From: Obrimoposthia wandeli
Taxonomy: Eukaryota
Assembly (NCBI GenBank): GCA_977020255.1
Contig: CDROCS010002469.1
Coordinates: 124,001 to 188,000 of the forward strand
DNA length: 64,000 bases
Direction: 5' to 3'
Shown: piece by piece, positions 46,704 to 54,823 of the stretch
How positions within the stretch are numbered: position 1 is the stretch's first letter
Layout: each line of letters begins with the position of its first letter
Position numbers and translations under genes: made by a program
Notes under the pieces: generated by a model
Told to the model about the DNA's origin: nothing
Database searches by the model: none
Seen by the model: the letters and a program-made list of their open reading frames with translations, nothing else

Positions 46704-48881
46704 TCACGATGTGGGGACAAAGAAAAAGTCGCCTACTTCATGGCCTGCGCCTTTAATTGCTTTGAACTCTGGTACTTGATTATAGCCAACAACTTTCGCG
46801 CCTTGGGATACCCTATCTCGCAATTTTAGAAACAATTGCGGGCCTGAGAGCACTTTTTTGTTTGACTTTAATACTTGCAAGAACGCTCTCGCAAACACTG
46901 AATTCCCCTGACCTGCATTATCTAACACGGGCTTATCACCTCCAGAGGACAAAATAAGTCGCGATTTTTTAGCTAGTTTATATTTTAAATATTCGTCAGA
47001 ATCATTTTGATCCGCTCCCATAAACAAATAACCTGGGGCACTGGACAACAACCCTGCATAGCAAGAATCTGCAACCACCAGCACTCTTTTAGCCTTTAGA
47101 CGGCTTAGATGGCGAGTAACAAACTCATTAGACACCCAAAAAGTATCAGCGGGAGGCTGCTCTGCATTTACAGGCAACCAATAACCTTCCTCTGCACCAC
47201 CATTACTTACTCGAGAACCATGCCCTGCATAAAATATAAGCAAATTATCATTCTCATTGAGTACTGAGTTCAAATTATTAATGGCCTTCATGACTTCAAT
47301 ATTATTTGCATCTAACAAAACCTGCACTGAGAACCCATATTTTGATTCAAGTAAATTAGCTACTTCCTGTGCGTCTCGCTTTGGCGTTGCTAAATTATCT
47401 AAACGACTATAATTTTGATTTCCTATCACTAATGCAAAATACCGACCAAACTTAATACCTTTGGAAGAAAGCGATTTTTTTTGTGAAGCGGTAGATGCTA
47501 TTCTCGATTTTTCCGTTGAAGGCTTCCTAAATACAGGAAGTTGGGTCAATTCTTTTTCATTGGATACTTTTTCCTGTTCCAAGGTTGATATTTTACCTTT
47601 CAGTAACGCCACTTCTGACTGAAGCTTTTCAGTGGCGACCTGTTGATCAGGCCTTGCCGCTAATTGCGCATTAGCGCTCACTTGTTCATCCAATTTTGAT
47701 TGCAGACCCTGCATTTTACCTGTCAGTAGCGCGACCTCTGACTCAAGCTTTCTAGTGGCGACCTGTTGATCAGGCCTTGCCGTTAATTGAGCATTAGCGC
47801 TCACTTGTTCATCCAATTTTGATTGCAATCCCAGCATTTTTCCTGTCAGTAGCGCGACCTCTGACTCAAGCTTTTCAGTGGTGACCTGTTGATCAGGCCT
47901 TGCCGCTAATTGCGCATTAGCGCTCACTTGCTCATCCAGTTTTGATTGCAAGCCCTGCATTTTACCTGTCAGTAACGCGAGCTCTGACTCAAGCTTTTCA
48001 GTGGCGGCCTGTTGATCAGGTCTTGCCGCTAGTCGCGTATTATCGCTCACTTGCTCATCCAATTTTGATTGCAAGCCTTGCATTTTACCTGTCATTAACG
48101 AGAGCTCTGACTCAAGCTTTTCAGTGGCGGCCTGTTGATCAGGCCTTGACACTAATTGCACATTAGCGTTCACTTGATCTTCCAATTTTGATTGCAAGCC
48201 CTGCACTTTGCTGCTCAGTGAACCGATTTGGGAACGCTTCGCATTGATCTGTCCCTGCAACCTAGTTCGTAGTGCCTGCTGTTCCCTAGTAGTGCTTTGC
48301 TGAAGAGCCTCTTGTTGATTATCAGCAGTAGACTGATATATCAGTGAATCTGTATTTAAGCCCCACGCTTTGCGGTACCAGTCCAACGCTATTTTTTTAC
48401 TTTTCGCGACCCCAAACCCCTGCTCATAAAGTGTTCCTAAATTAAATTGAGCCCGCGAATTTCCTTGATTGGCGGATTTTGTATACCATATAACAGCGGC
48501 TTCATAATTAGGGGTACCACCAATACCGCGTTCAAAAATTTCACCAACATTAGCTTGTGCTTGTGCGTTACCTATTTGCGCTGAAGGCATCCAGACATTC
48601 AATGATGATTTTAAGTTGGCTCTGTCATAAGCCACATATTCCCCCCCTCTAATCCTACAATCAGCAGTGGTCGTATTAATCGGCCTGCGGGGGGTGATAT
48701 AAGAAGCTTTATTTCCAAGTTGTCGCACTTGACCTGGGAGCAGGCAATCTACTACTTGTAAATCCGCAATCGTTGGATGAGACAGCTGACCACTCGCAGT
48801 CGGATTGCTTTGGCATCCTGTTAACAATAACGCCAGCAAAGAAATACTGGTTAATTTAAATATTGAATCTCTTAAGTCCAT
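46704..48881 (-). CDS. Lipoprotein with SEL1 repeats, repetitive coiled-coil stalk and C-terminal caspase-family (peptidase C14) domain
   Basis: Lipobox LLTGC; two SEL1 repeats (GNAQAQANVGEIFERG..., GNSRAQFNLGTLYEQG...); ALVIGN..Y..L..L.TP..DA; YAGHG and ADSCY give an intact His/Cys dyad. Confidence 0.88.
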   Translation of the reverse strand: MDLRDSIFKLTSISLLALLLTGCQSNPTASGQLSHPTIADLQVVDCLLPGQVRQLGNKASYITPRRPINTTTADCRIRGGEYVAYDRANLKSSLNVWMPSAQIGNAQAQANVGEIFERGIGGTPNYEAAVIWYTKSANQGNSRAQFNLGTLYEQGFGVAKSKKIALDWYRKAWGLNTDSLIYQSTADNQQEALQQSTTREQQALRTRLQGQINAKRSQIGSLSSKVQGLQSKLEDQVNANVQLVSRPDQQAATEKLESELSLMTGKMQGLQSKLDEQVSDNTRLAARPDQQAATEKLESELALLTGKMQGLQSKLDEQVSANAQLAARPDQQVTTEKLESEVALLTGKMLGLQSKLDEQVSANAQLTARPDQQVATRKLESEVALLTGKMQGLQSKLDEQVSANAQLAARPDQQVATEKLQSEVALLKGKISTLEQEKVSNEKELTQLPVFRKPSTEKSRIASTASQKKSLSSKGIKFGRYFALVIGNQNYSRLDNLATPKRDAQEVANLLESKYGFSVQVLLDANNIEVMKAINNLNSVLNENDNLLIFYAGHGSRVSNGGAEEGYWLPVNAEQPPADTFWVSNEFVTRHLSRLKAKRVLVVADSCYAGLLSSAPGYLFMGADQNDSDEYLKYKLAKKSRLILSSGGDKPVLDNAGQGNSVFARAFLQVLKSNKKVLSGPQLFLKLRDRVSQGAKVVGYNQVPEFKAIKGAGHEVGDFFFVPTS
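47591..48208 (-). repeat. Five 123-bp (41-aa) coding tandem repeats within the caspase lipoprotein
   Basis: Marker TGTTGATCAGG recurs at 47641, 47764, 47887, 48010 and 48133 (period 123). Confidence 0.95.
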
Positions 48882-49032
48882 ACTTTCACCCTTGGCATAC
48901 TAGTATTCGATCCGTTTAATTTTGAGGCACACTACCCAATACTCTTGCAAATGACTATTATCACAGTATTCACTAATTTAGTGCTGCTATCATCCATTTA
49001 CTACCACTGCTAATTAAGTTTAAAAGAGGTTA

Positions 49033-49854
49033 TTGATTTTGCGGTTTTTATTTATCAAATTTATTGTATTGTGCATGGCGACCATCGCTAGCTTTAGTTG
49101 CACAAACACAAAGCAGATATCGCAAGCAATTACCAACCAATACCAATTGTTTGAAGGCAAAATAATCACAGAAATATACCAGCATCGCTATTTTAGTAAT
49201 CAGGCTAAAATAGAATCTCGCGTGCACATTTATATAGGCTCTGACGGCACCCCATGGATAAAAGGAAAATGGCAAGCTGCCGACCCAACCCCTTTAAATC
49301 CATTAGCATTGAAGCTAATGGGGGTCGATCAAAACGCAGCGATTTATTTAGGTCGTCCTTGCTATTTCGAAACTACAAAACAATCTTATTGCCACCCGAG
49401 TCTTTGGACAGATGCACGCTACTCTGAAGAAATAATTGCCAGTATGTCTCTGGCTATAAAACAGCTTGTAAGCTCTGAAACCGATATCGTTTTAATTGGC
49501 TATAGCGGGGGTGCCGCTATAGCAGCAATTCTGGCAGATAAATTAGACAACGCTATCGCTCTAATAACTATTGCAGGAAATTTAGATACTCAATTATGGA
49601 CAACACATTTCAATTTATTACCTTTAACAAAATCGGTCAATCCTGCAACCTATATATATTCAAAAAAACCTATACAAACTATTCATTTAACCGGCAATAA
49701 AGATTTTATAGTCCCATTGAAAATAACCAACTCTTTCGTCTCTAAACGAGGTGGTAAATTATGGATTTTTAATGAGAATAACCATAGCTGCTGCTGGTTA
49801 ATTCAATGGTCTGATATATTAAAAAAAATAGAGAGAAACTTATTTTTAAAGTAA
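49033..49854 (+). CDS. Alpha/beta hydrolase family lipoprotein
   Basis: Hydrophobic N-terminus ending ASFSC, HIYI..DG.PW, YLGRPCY, GYSGG nucleophile elbow, AGNLD, G.KD..VP, H.CCW. Confidence 0.75.
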   Translation: MILRFLFIKFIVLCMATIASFSCTNTKQISQAITNQYQLFEGKIITEIYQHRYFSNQAKIESRVHIYIGSDGTPWIKGKWQAADPTPLNPLALKLMGVDQNAAIYLGRPCYFETTKQSYCHPSLWTDARYSEEIIASMSLAIKQLVSSETDIVLIGYSGGAAIAAILADKLDNAIALITIAGNLDTQLWTTHFNLLPLTKSVNPATYIYSKKPIQTIHLTGNKDFIVPLKITNSFVSKRGGKLWIFNENNHSCCWLIQWSDILKKIERNLFLK

Positions 49855-50024
49855 TATTAATAAAAACTTTGACTTGACTTAAAGACCAGCTGTGTATATT
49901 AATTATCATCCCTTTTTAAAACAACTCTAAATTTTTGGGTATAATTTATTAGAGCTAATAAAACGATTTTGATAATCTTTAATAAAACAGTGAATGCTAA
50001 ATTATTAATCAAGGAGCGATTAAA

Positions 50025-51923
50025 ATGGTTCGTGCATACTCTTGTAGCTCAAGGTATAGATTAAATAGTAATGTTTGTTTTTTATTACTATTTCTTGTAC
50101 TCTTTTTACAGTCATTAATTGCCTCAGCCAGCAACGTCAGTGTTTCCTCACAGTCATTAAATTTTGGCGATACTGAAGTTGGCAGCTATAAAGACATTCA
50201 TTTATACGTTACACGCAATGATAATGATATAGCCGTAAGTTGCCAGGCAATAGGCTGCAACTCCACTACTGTCACGCTGAGTGGCGCTAACAACATCTAT
50301 TCTATTTCGGATACTAATTGTACATCCCCTCTTACATTTACTAACCCTAGCTGTTACTACAACATTAGGTTTACTCCGACTACAACCGCTATTTCCAATA
50401 GCACAATAAATCTATCTTACGGCCCGGATGGTTCAGATACTATAGCACTAACAGGAAATGGTATTCTTTCCGCAGCAGATCAAGCTGCGCTAGAAGAAGC
50501 GGCGAGACTAGCGGCTGAAGAAGAAGCAGCAAAACTTGCGGCTGAAGAAGAAGCAGCAAAACTTGCGGCTGAAGAAGAAGCAGCAAAACTTGCGGCTGAA
50601 GAAGAAGAAGCGAGAGTAGCGGCTGAAGAAGCGGCACCTCCACCGGTAGACTTCCTAGACCCTTTTAGTGGAGGACAAGAAAATAATAGCAGTACCGGAC
50701 AGGCCATTATTACCACATGTACTAGCGGTAATGCATCTGCAGAATTACAAAGAGATTGTAATTCTCTTGTTCAATCAGCTAAAAATAACGACTCACAGAC
50801 TACATCTGCGTTAGACCAAATCACTCCTGAGACTGCGACTAAAAGCACTCAAATTACACAGCAAGGCGCTACCACTCAAGCTAGAAATATCACTTCAAGA
50901 ATGGTCCAATTACGCTCAGGAGCGACTGGTTTATCTTTTCAAGGACTCAGTCTCAATCTACAAGGAAAAAATTTACCAGTAGGGAAAATCGCACAGAGCA
51001 GCCTTCAATCATTAGGTATGGGCGCCAGTGCTGATGACACTTTTAGTAACTCTAAAATCGGTTTATTTTTTAGTGGACAAATAGCCAGAGGAGAACGGGA
51101 CCAGTCAGCACTAGAATCCGATTTAGAATACAAAACTTATGGGCTAACTGCTGGCTTAGATTATCGATTTAGCGATAAACTATTTTTGGGCGCGGCTGTT
51201 GGTGTTTTAGATTCAAGTGCAGAACTAAATAACAGCACCGCAGATTTAGATACCCGTGGTTACAGTTTATCAATGTATGGAAGCTACTATTTGCCAAATA
51301 ATTTTTTCTATGACTTTTCAATAACTTATGGTAAAAACAACTTTAATCAAAACCGTAAACTTAATTATGAATTGGACGGCACTACCGTTAATCAAAACTT
51401 TAGTGCAGATTATGATGGTAATTACTATTCTGTACTTTTAGGTGCTGGTAAGGATTTTCATAAAGGCTCTTGGTCATTTGGCCCCCGAGCGAAGTTCGAA
51501 TATACCCGCTCTAAAACAAATACCGCTAAGGAGGAGGCCTCAAATACCACAGGCCTAGGAAGTGGCTGGGTAACTCAGATCGATGAAAACAGTCAGACAT
51601 CAATGATATTGCAAGCAGGAGCACGTGCCTCATATGCACATAGTGTAGATTGGGGAGTGCTGATACCTTATGCACAGTTGGATTTAGTACATGAGTTTAA
51701 GCAAGATGCCCAATTGATCAATGCACATTTCCTGCAAGATCCCGCTTCAACACAAATACAGATAAAAACTGACAACCCAGATCGTAATTTCTTAAAACTG
51801 AATATAGGCAGTTCTGCTCAGTTTAAAAATGGTGTATCAGGATTTGCTAACTACTCTACTGTCTTATCTAATAGTGTGTGGGATAGCCATAGCTTAAGCT
51901 TGGGTGTTAGATTCGAGTTTTAG
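50025..51923 (+). CDS. Autotransporter (type Va) with Ig-like ASH/choice-of-anchor-D passenger and charged helical linker
   Basis: Signal peptide; SLNFGDTEVG...CYYNIRFTPT...ALTGNG domain; beta-barrel pattern (GLTAGLDYRF, LIPYAQLD..HEF) ending in LGVRFEF. Confidence 0.85.
   Translation: MVRAYSCSSRYRLNSNVCFLLLFLVLFLQSLIASASNVSVSSQSLNFGDTEVGSYKDIHLYVTRNDNDIAVSCQAIGCNSTTVTLSGANNIYSISDTNCTSPLTFTNPSCYYNIRFTPTTTAISNSTINLSYGPDGSDTIALTGNGILSAADQAALEEAARLAAEEEAAKLAAEEEAAKLAAEEEAAKLAAEEEEARVAAEEAAPPPVDFLDPFSGGQENNSSTGQAIITTCTSGNASAELQRDCNSLVQSAKNNDSQTTSALDQITPETATKSTQITQQGATTQARNITSRMVQLRSGATGLSFQGLSLNLQGKNLPVGKIAQSSLQSLGMGASADDTFSNSKIGLFFSGQIARGERDQSALESDLEYKTYGLTAGLDYRFSDKLFLGAAVGVLDSSAELNNSTADLDTRGYSLSMYGSYYLPNNFFYDFSITYGKNNFNQNRKLNYELDGTTVNQNFSADYDGNYYSVLLGAGKDFHKGSWSFGPRAKFEYTRSKTNTAKEEASNTTGLGSGWVTQIDENSQTSMILQAGARASYAHSVDWGVLIPYAQLDLVHEFKQDAQLINAHFLQDPASTQIQIKTDNPDRNFLKLNIGSSAQFKNGVSGFANYSTVLSNSVWDSHSLSLGVRFEF
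50493..50636 (+). repeat. 27-bp coding tandem repeat (AAEEEAAKL), three perfect copies plus degenerate flanks
   Basis: GCGGCTGAAGAAGAAGCAGCAAAACTT at 50511, 50538 and 50565; variants at 50592 and 50619. Confidence 0.95.
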
Positions 51924-52042
51924 CAATTTAATTTTCGACAACAATAGCAAGCTTAGGTCGCTGTACTTGGTTTGCTGATCATGAATTTTCGCTACCATAA
52001 ATGCCTTTTTTTATATAGTCATCATTTCAAAAAAAAGTCAAT

Positions 52043-52646
52043 AACCCACTTTTTTAGAAGGTGGGTTTGCCTAACATTCTTTGAAGTGGGGCGATACTTG
52101 CCATCTTAAAAGGCAAGCGGGTTATCCCGTCATTCTATTAAAAGTCTAGCTTCTCTTGACGCTTTTCAAGCTTCCCTTGGTGTTCCAAATATTCCCTAAT
52201 CATCTCAGCATTCAAGCCAACTCCATATACACAGTAAAAATGATTCCTCCAATACAGCCTCTTTTTTATATGTAGAAAATAATTGAAGACTCTAATTGCA
52301 GCCCTTCCTTTTAAAGCTCCCATCAAACTTGAGATGAATTGTTTGGATGGTACTTGATCGACAAATGGGCATGATAGCTGCACGCTTATTTCCGTGATTT
52401 CAAATTTTAAGCAACTGCTATAAACTTGCATATAATCAGATTGCTTCTTGCTCAACTGATTCCATTTAAAACCTATACCCGTATTTTGGCACCCAAATCA
52501 TCCGGTATTCGCAATGCCATAAATCGTGCGATAATTTTGTAACTATACTCATGGTATTTTCCTTAATCAGTTATGGGGATAACCAATTAAGTTAATATAA
52601 GCAGAACCTTTCTAAGGTGACCACGTCTTCAGGGCGTGACTTTAGA
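52043..52646 (-). mobile_element. tnpA: Degenerate IS200/IS605-family element (tnpA pseudogene with terminal hairpins)
   Basis: From ATG 52552: MSIVTKLSHDLWHCEYRMIWVPKYGYRF*, then frameshifted pieces (HAHL HUH motif out of frame, LMGALKGRAAIR, YWRNHF, IREY..HQ). Hairpins at 52043-52067 (AACCCAC..GTGGGTT), at about 52097-52117 (CTTGCC..GGCAAG) and at 52611-52646. Confidence 0.85.
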
Positions 52647-52880
52647 ATCTTTATAAAACCGGAAATGGCGAATATTCACCTCCCGAGTTGCTATTATATT
52701 TCGCTTGAAGCCATTAACTATTTCTTTATAATTACTAGTTGAGAAATACGTTCAGAGACTGCAATTTTCTGAGTATTCAATGACAAACACTCGCTTTGTG
52801 AACTTTAGCAATAAACGTCATGGCGCCCCTTTTTTTGAACTTTATGTTTAATACATTGCCTTATACTGGATTTTGAAATT

Positions 52881-52897
52881 TCTTCAGTTACTGAAGA
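52881..52897. promoter_or_regulatory. Perfect palindrome TCTTCAGT-T-ACTGAAGA upstream of the metal-efflux operon
   Basis: Seen directly about 45 nt before the Cys-rich ORF; regulator unknown. Confidence 0.4.
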
Positions 52898-52942
52898 TCT
52901 ATTTGTGTGTTGAATTTTGCTAGCGGCTAATGAGTTTTGTAA

Positions 52943-53314
52943 GTGATGTCAAAAACGTTGAAAAAATTGATTATAGTGCTGTATATCTTAACGACGCTGT
53001 TTTCTCAACTGTATTCAATCTCTGCAACAGCTGGTATTCATACACAACAAATGTCGCTATCAGCCCCTCAACATGCGCCTTCTGCTGGCATCAAATGCAG
53101 TTCCTCAATGACTGAAAATTGCTCCAATACTGTGATGACAGAAAATTGCCTTTGTTGCGATGCCAATTGTGTTTCTATGCAGTGCTCGACTGCTTATCCA
53201 ACAAGCTCTTTTGATTTTCACTTTCCGTATGGTACTTTTTCAAGCACCCGCTATGTCTGTGCGGCAGTATCTCCAACAACTTCCCTACCGTATCGCCCCC
53301 CTATAGTTCTATAA
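52943..53314 (+). CDS. Small exported Cys/His/Met-rich protein (DUF2946/CopL-like), leader of the cus operon
   Basis: Signal-like N-terminus, C..C...C.CCD..C..M.C cluster and terminal PYRPPI motif typical of proteins preceding heavy-metal RND operons. Confidence 0.65.
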   Translation: MMSKTLKKLIIVLYILTTLFSQLYSISATAGIHTQQMSLSAPQHAPSAGIKCSSSMTENCSNTVMTENCLCCDANCVSMQCSTAYPTSSFDFHFPYGTFSSTRYVCAAVSPTTSLPYRPPIVL

Positions 53315-53420
53315 CGCTACCAATCACCACCGCAATAATCGATTTTGGGAGCTTTCCTTTTGCGAGAACGCGTGGCTTTTCTTTTTAATTCAACTCGAAT
53401 TACTTCCCGTAGGGGGATTT

Positions 53421-54821
53421 ATGCAATCTATTTCTGTGCGACTGGGTGTCGTACTCAGTTTTTGTTTATTTAATTTAGTCGGCACCACTACTATGGCTGC
53501 TGAGCAAAAAAGCAGCAAATTAACTTTAAATATGGCGTTAAATATAGCGCTTAATAAAGATGAATGGCAAAACAGTAGCAGGCTTACACAAGAAGCTGTA
53601 CGCGAACGAGCGGTTGCATCGGGGCAATTACCAGATACTAAATTAACTGCCACATTGGCAAATTTAGCCACTGACACACTGCGCTTTAATCAAGAGCGGA
53701 TGACGCAAATACAGCTCAGTGCCAGTCAAGTATTCCCTCGGGGTGATACCTTAGCGCTGCGTGAAACGCGTGGCCGTTTAGATAGCGAGCGTCAGCTTTT
53801 CCAACGCCAATTACGCTTAGCTAAAATTGGTTTAGAAGTCACAACGCTGTGGCTAAATAGCTTAAAAGTGCGACGCAGCATTGAATTGATCAAAAAGAGC
53901 AGACCGCTATTTGATCAACTATCAGAACTCACACTTGCCAGCTATGCCGCGGTAACGTCCGACACTCAGCAGCAAGATATTGTACGAGCACAACTTGAGC
54001 GCACATTACTAGATGATAGATTGAGTTTACTTACACTACAGTTAGCCAAGCTAGAGCAGCAACTCACTGGGTGGTTAATTTCAGCTGATGGGAACTGGCG
54101 CACACCTACTGGAAAGCGCATTTATGATAATAAATTGCCGCAATTAGCGCTACTGCAACCTACTCCTACCCCCCAAACAATTACTCACTCAGCGGGCACT
54201 TTGGCCAACAGGTTCTTGCATCACCCAATGATTGAGTTATTAGATAAAACCATTGTGCGTGATAAAACCAATATTGAATTAGAGCGCCAAGGATTCAAAC
54301 CACAATGGGGAATCAAACTTGGTTACGGTTATCGAAAGCGTGATCCTAATGGCGTGAATCGCTCTGATCTTGTCAGTGTAGGTGTCAGCATGGATTTTCC
54401 GTTATTTTCTAAGCAGCGTCCGCGCAGCAATGTGCGTGCAGCCACTTTAGAGCGAGATGCCAATATCAGTGAGAGGTTACTGTTACTGCGCGACATGAAT
54501 ACCAAATTCAATGCGCTGTTAGTACAACAAAGTACATTAACACAACGCGCGCAGCTTTATCGCCGTGCAGTGCTGCCACAAATGCAACAACAAGCTCAGG
54601 CCTCACTTAATGCTTACACCGCAGATAATGGCAACTTTAGTGAAGTTGTACGCGCACGCATTGTGCAGCTAAACGGACGTATCGATGCACTTGACATCGC
54701 AGTAGCACAGCAACAACTTATAGCTCAGATGAACTATTTATTAGCCACCACTGAGCAGCCAGTGCTACTAACTGAACTGAACTCAGCTCTTCCTCAAATA
54801 CAGCGCAGGATTAATCGTTAA
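53421..54821 (+). CDS. cusC: TolC-family outer membrane factor of heavy-metal RND efflux (CusC-like)
   Basis: Signal peptide, GQLPD, MTQ..L..SQ.FPRGD.L, YGYR, D.VSVGVSMD.PLF; precedes cusB/cusA. Confidence 0.8.
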   Translation: MQSISVRLGVVLSFCLFNLVGTTTMAAEQKSSKLTLNMALNIALNKDEWQNSSRLTQEAVRERAVASGQLPDTKLTATLANLATDTLRFNQERMTQIQLSASQVFPRGDTLALRETRGRLDSERQLFQRQLRLAKIGLEVTTLWLNSLKVRRSIELIKKSRPLFDQLSELTLASYAAVTSDTQQQDIVRAQLERTLLDDRLSLLTLQLAKLEQQLTGWLISADGNWRTPTGKRIYDNKLPQLALLQPTPTPQTITHSAGTLANRFLHHPMIELLDKTIVRDKTNIELERQGFKPQWGIKLGYGYRKRDPNGVNRSDLVSVGVSMDFPLFSKQRPRSNVRAATLERDANISERLLLLRDMNTKFNALLVQQSTLTQRAQLYRRAVLPQMQQQAQASLNAYTADNGNFSEVVRARIVQLNGRIDALDIAVAQQQLIAQMNYLLATTEQPVLLTELNSALPQIQRRINR

Positions 54822-54823
54822 AG

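Noticed and set aside
47591-48208. Regularly spaced repeats considered as a CRISPR array
   Set aside because: The period is 123 bp with no unique spacers, the repeats are in frame within a protein, and there are no cas genes.
50440-50716. Repetitive minus-strand ORFs (LLLLQPQV..., SSAASFAA...)
   Set aside because: Antisense frames of the 27-bp autotransporter repeat.
52138-52455. 105-aa ORF as a functional transposase
   Set aside because: The HUH motif is out of frame and the N-terminus is separated by a stop and frameshift; treated as a pseudogene.
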